A DNA stretch of 64,000 nt from Candidatus Magasanikbacteria bacterium UBA922 (GTDB lineage Bacteria; Patescibacteriota; Patescibacteriia; Magasanikbacterales; UBA922), in assembly GCA_002293825.1 (NCBI GenBank), contig DBDW01000011.1, positions 9,436-73,435 on the forward strand, written 5' to 3'. The notes beneath the pieces were generated by a model, which made no database searches, was not told the DNA's origin, and saw only the letters and a program-made list of their open reading frames with translations. Each line of letters begins with the position of its first letter. Positions within the stretch are counted from its first letter, which is position 1. Positions 1 to 8,885 of the stretch are shown here, piece by piece. A program made the translations under genes and the position numbers.

Positions 1-111
1 ACGCTTCAACAAAAGCACACCGCTACCCACAAGAATCATACACACAATCACGATTGCAAGTAGAATCCACGGCCATCGGCGTTTCTTTTTATGAAGCTGA
101 GAAAATGACAT
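1..111 (-). CDS. 5' part of a membrane-anchored protein running off the window edge
   Basis: ATG at 111 reads MSFSQLHKKKRRWPWILLAIVIVCMILVGSGVLLLKR, a basic patch followed by a TM helix, open to position 1. Confidence 0.7.
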   Translation of the reverse strand, partial: MSFSQLHKKKRRWPWILLAIVIVCMILVGSGVLLLKR

Positions 112-129
112 ACAAAATATTCTAAATAT

Positions 130-1614
130 TTATCGCTTCTTCTGTGAAACATTGAACCCAAGATATTTTCCACGCATCAAATGCGTTACCGCATCAATTC
201 CAGGTAACGCAGCCACAAACAACATCGAAATTGGTAACAATATCCATTGCAACAACATGATAATATACAAATGCCGTGGATGAGATTCAGGACGAGGAGG
301 TAGCAAAGGAAAACTCAAAATAGCAGACAAAATCAATCCGAGCATTGCGCTCGTCATAAGAATTTCAAGTAAATGTGGCGCATTGAAATATAATGCACTT
401 TGTCGAATACTCGGACTCGCAATCCACAACGGAAAACGACCAAGTAATGTAATCATAAGTGCAGCAACACACCACGACCACTTTCCCTCCCACTCGATAA
501 ACACCCATTTGAATTTAGTATACCACGGTATCAGGTTACCCTTCTTCCGAAATTCCCACAATAAATACGGCACATGTTCCACTCCCCACGCCCATCGACG
601 CTGTTGTCGATATAAATTTTTAATACTCTGCCACCATGAATCATCTCGAACGGTATCCATAGATACCGGAATATACAGAGGAGTGACTTCGTATTTTCCA
701 TTATATGCAAGAAGACATTGATAAAAAATGCGTGAGTCCTCAGACACGATACGCTTATCATGAAATCCTGCATCCACCAATGCTCTAAAACTCATCGAAT
801 GAGAAGAAAAAGTCACCAGAGAATCTTGACGAGCAAGTGACATCATCATCCAAAAAGTCGTACCAAATGCCATGATACGAAGAACAGACGGTGATTCCCA
901 CATATTGTTGTTATACAATGCAATCGGCTGGTATGAGCTTCGTGTAGGATTGGGATGTGTCGCATACACATAGGTAAGATAACTAAAATAATCCGGATGA
1001 CACACGGTATCAATATCAAACACCGTAACAATCACGTCTTCATACTTCCACCCATTTCGATCCACATATTCTCGTGCTTTTCCTTCTGCATAGTGCAAGT
1101 TGGAACCCTTGCCTGGAATTTCATTCGGCAAATCTTTAGGATGAAGGGTAAACATAATATGATGAAACGAATCAGTAAAACGATGCTTCACCCGATCAAA
1201 AATATCTCGACAATGCGCTTCCTGAACTTCCTCTCCTGCTATCACGATGGTAAATGCACGCGGATCATATACCGATCGAGCCACACTCTGAATCGCATCT
1301 TCTACCACATCCCACGTCTCATTGAACACCGTCAAAAATACCACATGCTGATATCGATCTGCCGAAGCAATATCATGTACTAGTGCATCCTTCCAATCAA
1401 TAGAACGCACTCGACGATAACGTACCCACGAAACGATCAGATAAAACGCAAAATTAAATACCTTGAGCACCCAATAAATATCAAAAATGATGATGAAATA
1501 AATCATCGCTAATGGGTACACAAAAGACAAAAGAACACTTAAAATAAGCGTTCCCCACACCGTAAGTCCAGGGAGTATTTCATATAATCGATATCGCTGA
1601 TAGGGCGAAAGCAT
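130..1614 (-). CDS. Processive family-2 glycosyltransferase, polytopic membrane protein
   Basis: KGSNL, FDID (DxD), SED and QQRRW (QxxRW) motifs; N- and C-terminal TM helices. Confidence 0.9.
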   Translation of the reverse strand: MLSPYQRYRLYEILPGLTVWGTLILSVLLSFVYPLAMIYFIIIFDIYWVLKVFNFAFYLIVSWVRYRRVRSIDWKDALVHDIASADRYQHVVFLTVFNETWDVVEDAIQSVARSVYDPRAFTIVIAGEEVQEAHCRDIFDRVKHRFTDSFHHIMFTLHPKDLPNEIPGKGSNLHYAEGKAREYVDRNGWKYEDVIVTVFDIDTVCHPDYFSYLTYVYATHPNPTRSSYQPIALYNNNMWESPSVLRIMAFGTTFWMMMSLARQDSLVTFSSHSMSFRALVDAGFHDKRIVSEDSRIFYQCLLAYNGKYEVTPLYIPVSMDTVRDDSWWQSIKNLYRQQRRWAWGVEHVPYLLWEFRKKGNLIPWYTKFKWVFIEWEGKWSWCVAALMITLLGRFPLWIASPSIRQSALYFNAPHLLEILMTSAMLGLILSAILSFPLLPPRPESHPRHLYIIMLLQWILLPISMLFVAALPGIDAVTHLMRGKYLGFNVSQKKR

Positions 1615-1616
1615 AG

Positions 1617-2006
1617 TTACGTAGAAGTAGTAATGCCAATATGTGGCTCTCCACTATATGTAGGGCTCAAATATACACCCACAGGTACACGAGAAATATG
1701 TGCTTCGACTGATTGAAAGGTTACATTCGCATTCGAGAGAATCCCCACAACAGGGATATGTAATGCATACGCACATGCATTACCGATAACACTCGCAATA
1801 CGAGTACTCGAAAAAGAACCTTCACCCACTAAAATTACAATACCCGAGATATCCTGCGGACTCATACCTTCGGTCTCCAAAACAGTGGCAATAACACGTA
1901 ATAATTCCCTATTTTTTTCAGTCACCACCACCCGTTTTTCACGATCAGGAAAAAGTAGTGTTATACTAATTTCAGCATATACTGAAGGGTCAATAAACAA
2001 ATACAT
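1617..2006 (-). CDS. tsaB: Short TsaB-like t6A biosynthesis protein
   Basis: N-terminal LFID and GEGSFSSTRI (cf. GPGSFTGxR), C-terminal PxYxxEP; only 129 aa. Confidence 0.75.
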   Translation of the reverse strand: MYLFIDPSVYAEISITLLFPDREKRVVVTEKNRELLRVIATVLETEGMSPQDISGIVILVGEGSFSSTRIASVIGNACAYALHIPVVGILSNANVTFQSVEAHISRVPVGVYLSPTYSGEPHIGITTST

Positions 2007-2054
2007 ACAGTAACAAAATGAAACCTATCTTAAAATTAGTACGTGTACACTGCA

Positions 2055-2663
2055 TTACCTCCCTTTCGTCACCCCAATCGTATCAACGACAGTAATATGT
2101 TCGGCCTCAAAAATCGAATATAAAAATTTATCCATCACATATCGTCGATCTGCAAATTCATCCTCACCCATAATCGTATACCGTATCTCAAATCCAAGCT
2201 CTTTTTGATAATGCTCGACCATTTTTGCCAACGCACGAAGCTTTACCGAACCCACAACCAATAAATCTGTCGGAACCTTGTGATCATTCGTGAACGATCC
2301 GGTCAAAACCAATAATTTGATTTCCCCAATCTTGGTTGATAAATCTTCGATAAACTGTTTTTGTTCGATAACAGTCTCCTTGATAAGAAGTGCTTGTAAT
2401 TCAGAGTACAAAAGTGACGCAGGATTAAGCTGATAATATTTTCGAAGTGAAGCACCTGCTTTTTCCATATCTTTTGGTTGCTCATCCATTTTTTCAAGGA
2501 TGATATCCAATCCTAATAACAATTCCAATTCACGACGTACTGCATTGATCTGGACACCGACCTCTCGAGAAAGTTCACGGACAAAAAAAGCTCGCTCTGG
2601 TTGACGGTAGAGGAGCTTGAGTATCTTGACTCGAGTCTTTGAGCCAAATAAGTGTTCGAGCAT
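2055..2663 (-). CDS. Winged-helix plus nucleotidyltransferase-like (MNT) protein, putative regulator
   Basis: LFGSKTRVKIL...FFVRELSR...NAVRREL wHTH; LTGSF...TDLLVVG Pol-beta-like motif. Confidence 0.7.
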   Translation of the reverse strand: MLEHLFGSKTRVKILKLLYRQPERAFFVRELSREVGVQINAVRRELELLLGLDIILEKMDEQPKDMEKAGASLRKYYQLNPASLLYSELQALLIKETVIEQKQFIEDLSTKIGEIKLLVLTGSFTNDHKVPTDLLVVGSVKLRALAKMVEHYQKELGFEIRYTIMGEDEFADRRYVMDKFLYSIFEAEHITVVDTIGVTKGR

Positions 2664-2735
2664 ACGAGAAAAAAAGACGTAACTGAGCGGAATTTCAAAA
2701 TATCATTGCCGACGTATAACGGGGTATAGTATACT

Positions 2736-5036
2736 ATGCTTATAAGCAACGTGTCAAAAGATATGCGAATCAAAAGTGACGTATACGAATTTTTTGTAGA
2801 AGGAAAAAATCATCACCTATCCCACGTGTTGCTCCATATCGCATCCCCTGGAAAACCAGATGGAGAAAATCAGGGATATTTTTTTGTACTCGCCGAAATG
2901 GATAACCCCGAAGCTGCAATCCTTCACACCCTTGAAGACCTTATTCGAGATGGAGAAAATTTATACTATGGAGGATATGACGGTGAAACCATGCAGGCAC
3001 CCGATCCTGAAACACGACACTTTGAATCAGTCATTGAAAAACTCAATCGCAAAGCAAAAACATTACTATCAAATGAGCGAGCCTACAAAATTCACATGGC
3101 TGTCGGGGTGATACGAAACAATCGACTCTCATTTGCATATCGAGGAGAACTGTGCGCATTACTCGCATATATGAGTGCAGAAGGCCCTTCATATACCTCA
3201 ATCACAGACGAAGCATCGTATCCAGAGCACATGTTTTTTTCGTCAGTTATCGAAGGAAATTTTACTACAGACGAAGCGGTATACCTCTCTACCCCGCACA
3301 TCACCAAATATCTCTCTTCTGATCGTATCGCAAAAATGATTGTGGGAAAACCTGCAAAACAATCAATACAACAAATCCAAAAGACACTCGAAGGAATCTC
3401 ATCTGAATATTCATTCGGTGGTATTGTAATCACTGGTTCTGAAATACACACCGAGATACCCAAAGCCCCAAAACCAAACTACCGCACCAATATCGGATCA
3501 GAAGAATCAATGGATCGACTACTAGACACCACCCGCTCGACTGAAGACACTTTGTCACCAAAAGTCTTTTCTCATATTGCAAAAACATTTGCAGGAGGAT
3601 TCAAAAAAAACGAAGAATCAGAAGAAGATGTTCCTGTACTACATGCAACAAAAGAAACCAATCCAGGCAAATACCGCCGAAAACGACGCGCCGAACAAAT
3701 ACCTACATACGATACAGGGGGCTCATTATTAATTATACTCGGGAAAATAATCGTATGGACAACAAAAGCATTGTTCTACGTAATAAAAACACTAAGTATC
3801 GCACTTGGTAAATTCCTCGCAATCTTCTGGACACTTGCCACCAATTACAATGGGGGTAGAAAAATCCTACTTGAACAATACGCTGATGCACGACAGCGAA
3901 TGGTAGATAAATTCACCGCACTGGGAATCTTCGGAAAAATTCTTCTTCTCATTCTCATTATCGGAATTGGCATTCTCACTGGAAGTATTATATATACCAA
4001 AGAAAAAGAAAAAGTAATGGCTCGTGAAGAAGCATATGCATCTGAAATGGCTCTCCTTATCGATACAAAAAAAGAAATTGACGCATATGTGCTGTATGGC
4101 GATCATGCGAAAGCGCTTGAATCACTTCGTACAATAGACGCAAAACTTGCAACACTCACACATGACACACCAGAAAAACAAAAACGTGCAGATGATCTAA
4201 AAAGTGAATTACACACACTCCTCTTGAAAGTACAAAAAATCACCGCTATCATCCCTGAGAAAATAGTCGACATTCGAGAAGCGCACGAAAATGCACGCAC
4301 TGACGCACTCGTATTCATGGGTGATCGCTTGGTGGCAAGCGGCACAAACGATACAGGCCTATACTTCATCTCCACTCTTACCGGTCTCATCGAAAAGAAA
4401 AATGTAGAAACTGCACACCGTCTCGCATATGGTTACGTAGCAAAAGATGCCTCACAACTCGTATTCACCTCTGGAGATAATACAATCGTGGCATACTCCA
4501 CAGACACCGATAGTATTGCTTCAAAAACAATCACCTATCCCAATCAAAATGTCGTACTCTCGGATATTGCGCTCTACAATGGACGTCTCTATACACTCGA
4601 CCGAGCAAATGGAGCACTCTATCGCCACAATCCCACACAAATAGGTTTCGATAATGGTACCTCATGGGTAACCTCACAAACCGACCCGACACAATTAAAA
4701 AACGCAATCTCATTTGCACTCGATGGAGACCTCTACGCACTTACCGAAAACGGAAAAGTACTCAAATATTCAGCCGGGGTAGAGCAACTATTTACCATAC
4801 AAGGCCTTGACCCAGTCCTCGAATCCCCTACTCAAATCGAGACCAAAAGTGAATTTGCAAATATCTACATTCTCGAACCATCAAAAAAACGTATTATTGT
4901 GCTCGATAAAAATGGAAATTTCAAAAAACAATTCCAATCAGACACATGGATCAATCCTACCGGATTTGCAATTACAGACACCGAAAAAGAAGCATACGTA
5001 CTCGATGCTACGACCGTGTATAAATTTAAATTGTAG
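2736..5036 (+). CDS. Membrane protein: PP2C-like N-domain, TM segments, coiled coil, C-terminal NHL-like beta-propeller (start may be 2763)
   Basis: 766-aa ORF with a central hydrophobic region and repeated LYTLD/LYALT/IYILE/AYVLD blades. Confidence 0.65.
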   Translation: MLISNVSKDMRIKSDVYEFFVEGKNHHLSHVLLHIASPGKPDGENQGYFFVLAEMDNPEAAILHTLEDLIRDGENLYYGGYDGETMQAPDPETRHFESVIEKLNRKAKTLLSNERAYKIHMAVGVIRNNRLSFAYRGELCALLAYMSAEGPSYTSITDEASYPEHMFFSSVIEGNFTTDEAVYLSTPHITKYLSSDRIAKMIVGKPAKQSIQQIQKTLEGISSEYSFGGIVITGSEIHTEIPKAPKPNYRTNIGSEESMDRLLDTTRSTEDTLSPKVFSHIAKTFAGGFKKNEESEEDVPVLHATKETNPGKYRRKRRAEQIPTYDTGGSLLIILGKIIVWTTKALFYVIKTLSIALGKFLAIFWTLATNYNGGRKILLEQYADARQRMVDKFTALGIFGKILLLILIIGIGILTGSIIYTKEKEKVMAREEAYASEMALLIDTKKEIDAYVLYGDHAKALESLRTIDAKLATLTHDTPEKQKRADDLKSELHTLLLKVQKITAIIPEKIVDIREAHENARTDALVFMGDRLVASGTNDTGLYFISTLTGLIEKKNVETAHRLAYGYVAKDASQLVFTSGDNTIVAYSTDTDSIASKTITYPNQNVVLSDIALYNGRLYTLDRANGALYRHNPTQIGFDNGTSWVTSQTDPTQLKNAISFALDGDLYALTENGKVLKYSAGVEQLFTIQGLDPVLESPTQIETKSEFANIYILEPSKKRIIVLDKNGNFKKQFQSDTWINPTGFAITDTEKEAYVLDATTVYKFKL

Positions 5037-5110
5037 TTGAGAGTCAGAAACCAAAAGTATCGTTAGTTTTTTATTTTACCTATTGACTCCTGACTTTGAA
5101 CTTCCCACTA

Positions 5111-5149
5111 AAAAAAACAAAAACTCCTCGATTTTCACGAGGAGTTTTT
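5111..5149. terminator. Bidirectional intrinsic terminator (rplL and the 766-aa gene)
   Basis: AAAACTCCTCG-N7-CGAGGAGTTTT hairpin with A/T tracts between convergent genes. Confidence 0.8.
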
Positions 5150-5165
5150 ATGAGTTGAGGTAAAA

Positions 5166-5570
5166 TTACTTCAAGGTAACTTTTCCACCAGCTTCTTCAA
5201 TTTTCTTTTTCATTTCTTCAGCTTCAGCTTTAGCTACTTTTTCCTTGACTGCTTTTGGAGCTCCGTCAACAAGTGCTTTTGCTTCAGCAAGTCCGAGACC
5301 AGTGATTTCCTTCACCACCTTGATCACCGCGATTTTGTTTGCACCTGCATCAGTAAGTTCTACGGTAAAATCACTCTTCTCTTCAGCCGCTGCTGCTCCT
5401 GCTGCTGCTGGAGCTGCCATCATCATTGCTGGCGCTGCTGCTGATACACCGAATTTTTCTTCAAGAACCTTTACAAGTTCTGAGAGATCGAGCACAGACA
5501 TCTTTTCAATCTCACTTACGAGAGACTGAAATTTTGCTGGTACTTCTACTACTTTCTTTTCGTCTGACAT
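5166..5570 (-). CDS. rplL: 50S ribosomal protein L7/L12
   Basis: [11 protein letters not shown] hinge, [24 protein letters not shown]. Confidence 0.99.
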   Translation of the reverse strand: MSDEKKVVEVPAKFQSLVSEIEKMSVLDLSELVKVLEEKFGVSAAAPAMMMAAPAAAGAAAAEEKSDFTVELTDAGANKIAVIKVVKEITGLGLAEAKALVDGAPKAVKEKVAKAEAEEMKKKIEEAGGKVTLK

Positions 5571-5591
5571 AATAGAATAATTTAATATATA

Positions 5592-6116
5592 TTAAGCTGT
5601 TTTAGTATCTTTGATTGCATTAAGTGCGGTCACAAGTCCGCGGATATTTCCAGCAAGTACATTCACAAATCCAGATACTGGAGCATTGAGTGTACCGACC
5701 AATTGTCCGAGAAGTTGTTGCTTGTTTGGCAATTGTGACAATGCAGTTACTTTAGCACCATCGATAAATGCACCTTCGAGAATACCACCGAAGAGTTTTA
5801 CCGCTTCGTGAGTTTTCGCAAAATTTGCAAGAATCTGTGCAGGAGCAACCTCATCATTCAATCCAAATACGACAGACACAGCACCATCGAAACTTTTCGG
5901 ATCAGCTTCGATTCCAGCATCTTTGAGCGCACGCGCGACCAAGGTTTTCTTGGCAGCAACATACGAGACACCTTCTTTTCGGCACAATCGTCGAAGTTCT
6001 TCTGATTCTTTCACTTTGAGGCCCTGGAAGTTGGCAAATACGACCGACTTCGATTGCTTCATGGAGTCAACCAGGATACTAAACGCCTGTTCTTTTTGTT
6101 CTCTGGTTTTTGGCAT
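5592..6116 (-). CDS. rplJ: 50S ribosomal protein L10
   Basis: Typical L10 sequence (KKTL, GGILEG, LP..L..LV), directly upstream of rplL. Confidence 0.98.
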   Translation of the reverse strand: MPKTREQKEQAFSILVDSMKQSKSVVFANFQGLKVKESEELRRLCRKEGVSYVAAKKTLVARALKDAGIEADPKSFDGAVSVVFGLNDEVAPAQILANFAKTHEAVKLFGGILEGAFIDGAKVTALSQLPNKQQLLGQLVGTLNAPVSGFVNVLAGNIRGLVTALNAIKDTKTA

Positions 6117-6124
6117 ACAGAGTA

Positions 6125-6257
6125 ATAAAAAATGTGGTTTTTTGAACCACAGACTTTTTCGGTATAACTCGACCTTTACCCGGTCGAATGACCGGATACG
6201 TGTTACCTCGGTAGCATATTTAATCCTCCAAATCAGAGGAAGCTACTGTCTATGGTG
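6125..6257 (-). promoter_or_regulatory. L10 ribosomal leader (autoregulatory)
   Basis: Minus strand reads AGACAGTAG...TTAA...CTACCGAGG, the L10-leader core, followed by hairpins before rplJ. Confidence 0.85.
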
Positions 6258-6262
6258 AGAAG

Positions 6263-6291
6263 ATAATACCAAGAAAAAAGACGTCTGTCAA
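6263..6291 (-). promoter_or_regulatory. Sigma70 promoter of rplJL
   Basis: TTGACA-17-TATTAT with extended TG. Confidence 0.8.
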
Positions 6292-6349
6292 GTAATAAAA
6301 CCAATTGCTTAAAATAAGCTCCGCATAGCAAAAAAACAACGTCCTACAC

Positions 6350-6378
6350 TTGACAAAAAGGCTTAAATATGCTATTAT
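6350..6378 (+). promoter_or_regulatory. Sigma70 promoter of the high-GC GT-like gene
   Basis: TTGACA-17-TATTAT with extended TG. Confidence 0.75.
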
Positions 6379-6493
6379 ATACGGTTCACCATAGCGTGGT
6401 GGGCCGTCCCAAAATGCCTCAAATGGGTACCAAAGGATAAAGTGTCTAAGAACTTCCAAAAGCCCTTAAGAGGGGTCAAAAGGAGCACGCATC

Positions 6494-7267
6494 ATGCGTG
6501 ACAAGCTCGCCGCTACGGCGGCCATCGTTCGTTCGTTCAACAACAAACACGTCGAGAAGCAGGTCCGGAACCTCCGCAACGCCGGCATCAGCCGGGTGAT
6601 CGTCGTGTCCGACGCCACCCGTGACAAGGGTGCGACCCGTGGGTTCCTCGCGGGCCTCCTCGAGAGCGGCAACGTGCAGCTCATCGAGATGCACGAAGGG
6701 TACTCGTGGTCGAACGCCCTCAACATCGCCTTGAAGGCGGTGCTGATGGCGAACATCAGGACGCGGAACCAGTTCCGCTTCATCCTGAACGTTTCTGTGG
6801 AAGCGCAGTTCACGAGCACCCACCTCGAGACCATGCTCGATGCGGCGACCAACGACCTGTCGATCGGGGTCGTCGGAACCTCCTTCCAAGGGAAGCAGGA
6901 CGGCAACGTCATCTCCCTGGGCAGATCCTACCGCCACCCCCGAAATACGGGGATGCTGATCCGGATCGAAGCGTTCGGTCCGATGATGGGCGGCTTCGAC
7001 GCGCGCTGTGACTCGATCGGTGGGATGGAGGACATCGACTACATTCTCGGCATGTTGTCGGTGAGTAACTTCACCTACAAGATGCTGGACCTCCAGGTCC
7101 CACTCGTGGTCGGTGCAAACTACCACCAGCCGACCAAGGAGAAGAACGAGCAGGCGGCGATGGACAAGATCATCGCCCACTGGCTCGGGCTCTTCCCCGT
7201 CGGCACCAACGAGCGCCAGCGGATCGAGGACGCCATCTCGAAGATGGCTCTCGACCACCGCGACTAG
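6494..7267 (+). CDS. Divergent GT2-like (GT-A fold) protein, high GC
   Basis: IVRSFN, RVIVVSD, SNALNIAL and GGFD...GGMEDIDY motifs; AAGGAG RBS; a sampled 60-nt line is 62% GC. Confidence 0.7.
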   Translation: MRDKLAATAAIVRSFNNKHVEKQVRNLRNAGISRVIVVSDATRDKGATRGFLAGLLESGNVQLIEMHEGYSWSNALNIALKAVLMANIRTRNQFRFILNVSVEAQFTSTHLETMLDAATNDLSIGVVGTSFQGKQDGNVISLGRSYRHPRNTGMLIRIEAFGPMMGGFDARCDSIGGMEDIDYILGMLSVSNFTYKMLDLQVPLVVGANYHQPTKEKNEQAAMDKIIAHWLGLFPVGTNERQRIEDAISKMALDHRD

Positions 7268-7283
7268 CCGAATAAAACGGCAC

Positions 7284-7321
7284 GCCCTGTACTCACACGA
7301 GTACAGGGCTTCTTCATTTTT
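7284..7321 (+). terminator. Intrinsic terminator
   Basis: GCCCTGTACTC-acac-GAGTACAGGGC followed by a T-rich tail. Confidence 0.75.
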
Positions 7322-7328
7322 AGAAAAC

Positions 7329-7353
7329 AAAAAATCGCCTTCTGGCGATTTTT
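7329..7353 (-). terminator. Terminator just beyond the duplicated tRNA-Glu 3' end
   Basis: AAAAATCGCC-ttct-GGCGATTTTT. Confidence 0.65.
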
Positions 7354-7356
7354 ATT

Positions 7357-7369
7357 GTAGCGCTACGGG
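7357..7369 (-). repeat. att-like 13-bp direct repeat of the tRNA-Glu 3' end
   Basis: GTAGCGCTACGGG is identical to 8455-8467. Confidence 0.75.
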
Positions 7370-7507
7370 AACAAGATCTTGAAACCCTGGTGTAAGTGCC
7401 AACACAAATATGGATATCACCTGGTGCACAAAAATTAATTCAGCCAGCTAAAGATGATGCAAAGTCGTTCCAATTCGCTTGAGTCTTCGAAAAATCGAAG
7501 ACCTACG

Positions 7508-8077
7508 TTACTGTGCATTCCATGCATTCAATACTTCCTCATCAATAGGTCGTCGCATCTTTCGAATAGAACCATTTTCAACCCATGTAAGGACTGGTGC
7601 AGTGCGTGGAGTAAAAGTGTTTTCAATGAGATACGTGTATACCGGAACAAGTGCTTTTCCATCAGCCATCTGATACAGACTTGTAAGAGCGCTGAAAGTT
7701 TTGTCTGTGCTCCAAGCATTATATGAGAGACCAATGAATGGCACTCCTTCTGAATTAGTAAATACTCGATACGATTCTGGAGTTGGAGCATACGCATACC
7801 CAAGTGACTTGTAATGCTCAAGGAGTATAGAAAAATCATTGTTCGCAGCAATCGACGTCTCTATAAGTTTAATTGTCGATGTTGCTGCGATAGTTGCACC
7901 ACCACGAATATCATCATAATTTGCATATGATGGAACCTCGTCTGCACGCCAAGTTTCAATTTCTAGATCACTATTCGATGTATTGAGGGATGCAGCCTCA
8001 GGTGTTTTCGGTTCTAAACCACAACCAGTTAGTAACACGAGTAAGACAAGTAGTGAAACAGTGGAGATGAAACGCAT
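7508..8077 (-). CDS. Putative lipoprotein
   Basis: Signal peptide with lipobox LLTGC; hairpin GTCTTCG-N6-CGAAGAC downstream. Confidence 0.75.
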   Translation of the reverse strand: MRFISTVSLLVLLVLLTGCGLEPKTPEAASLNTSNSDLEIETWRADEVPSYANYDDIRGGATIAATSTIKLIETSIAANNDFSILLEHYKSLGYAYAPTPESYRVFTNSEGVPFIGLSYNAWSTDKTFSALTSLYQMADGKALVPVYTYLIENTFTPRTAPVLTWVENGSIRKMRRPIDEEVLNAWNAQ

Positions 8078-8083
8078 AATAGT

Positions 8084-8296
8084 CTAGTTAGATATGGAAG
8101 TGATTTGATCAGGTATCCCTGAGTCAACAATGTTGGGATGGGGACGTGTTGTCTCAGCGTCAACCATTCCAACGAACGCACGAACGAAACCTGAAAGTTC
8201 GACCAAGATCTTCATTCGTTCCTCATGCAATAAATTCGGATAAGCTTTCGTGAGTTTCTCTTGAATCTCTAGATTGTCAAAATCAAGATGCGGCAT
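8084..8296 (-). CDS. Small hypothetical protein (70 aa from MPHLDF)
   Basis: TTGACT-17-TACACT promoter immediately upstream; the longer 122-aa version would cross the tRNA terminator. Confidence 0.5.
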   Translation of the reverse strand: MPHLDFDNLEIQEKLTKAYPNLLHEERMKILVELSGFVRAFVGMVDAETTRPHPNIVDSGIPDQITSISN

Positions 8297-8400
8297 ACTG
8301 AGTTGAGTGTAATACTCGAAAACCATGCAGTCAAGGGTCCACGGGGAATCGGACAACTCATAGTTCAATCTAGCGGAGGTCAATTTGAAAAAGTCCGAGC

Positions 8401-8437
8401 GAAAACGAAAACATCGCTCGGTTGAGCGATGTTTTCG
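8401..8437 (-). terminator. tRNA-Glu terminator
   Basis: 14-bp perfect stem CGAAAACATCGCTC/GAGCGATGTTTTCG plus T tail. Confidence 0.8.
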
Positions 8438-8455
8438 AGGGAATTTCCCCATGAG

Positions 8456-8527
8456 TAGCGCTACGGGGAATCGAACCCCGGTTACCAGGATGAAAACCTG
8501 ATGTCCTAACCACTAGACGATAGCGCC
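8456..8527 (-). tRNA. tRNA-Glu (TTC)
   Basis: GGCGCTATCGTCTAGTGGTTAGGACATCAGG-TTTTCAT-CCTGG...GGTTCGATTCCCCGTAGCGCTA cloverleaf. Confidence 0.97.
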
Positions 8528-8528
8528 A

Positions 8529-8771
8529 TTAAAAAATTCTATTGTATAACTCTTCTTTCTTTTTACTATTTTTCTTCAACTCAATTTCTCGTTTCCGAGC
8601 TTGAGTCTTTGAAAGATACGCCTCATAATAAACCAATCTAAACGGAACTTTGTGCTTGATTGATTTTGTCTTCCCTTGATTATGCTCTACCAATCTTCTT
8701 CTCAAATCTTCAGTAGAACCGATATACACAGTCCGATCTTGAAGACTTTCGATAACATATGTATAAAACAT
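8529..8771 (-). CDS. Small GIY-YIG nuclease (UPF0213/Slx1-like, 80 aa)
   Basis: FYTYVI...VYIGST.DLRRRL.EHN.G...LVYYEAY...A.KRE; GAGGGAG RBS before the ATG at 8771. Confidence 0.9.
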   Translation of the reverse strand: MFYTYVIESLQDRTVYIGSTEDLRRRLVEHNQGKTKSIKHKVPFRLVYYEAYLSKTQARKREIELKKNSKKKEELYNRIF

Positions 8772-8796
8772 AGCTCCCTCTATAGTAACAGGTACA

Positions 8797-8868
8797 CAGG
8801 ATGTCAGCCAGAGGCTGATCACCCTTCGGGTGAAAAACCTGATGTCCTAACCACTAGACGATAGCACC
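8797..8868 (-). pseudogene. Truncated tRNA-Glu copy (5' acceptor strand, D arm, anticodon arm) with a 30-nt insertion in the anticodon
   Basis: Matches the intact copy except GGTGCTA vs GGCGCTA; insertion at 8804-8833; no T arm or 3' acceptor strand. Confidence 0.9.
8804..8833. repeat. Tandem pair of 15-nt hairpins
   Basis: TCAGCC-aga-GGCTGA followed directly by TCACCC-ttc-GGGTGA. Confidence 0.9.
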
Positions 8869-8885
8869 ATAACTTGGTAGCAAAA

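Larger units (their letters stand above)
7370..8454. mobile_element. Remnant ~1.1-kb islet integrated at the tRNA-Glu 3' end; no integrase left
   Basis: Bounded by tRNA-Glu and its 3' duplication; carries two orphan ORFs. Confidence 0.55.

Noticed and set aside
6476-7330. 284-aa minus-strand ORF and other overlapping frames
   Set aside because: Shadow ORFs of the high-GC plus-strand gene, which has the promoter, RBS, terminator and GT motifs
8297-8452. N-terminal extension of the 122-aa ORF
   Set aside because: Runs through the tRNA terminator; a promoter points to the start at 8296
8493-8833. Group I intron with a homing endonuclease splitting tRNA-Glu
   Set aside because: No room or sequence for a catalytic core, no terminal G before the 3' exon, and the downstream tRNA is already complete
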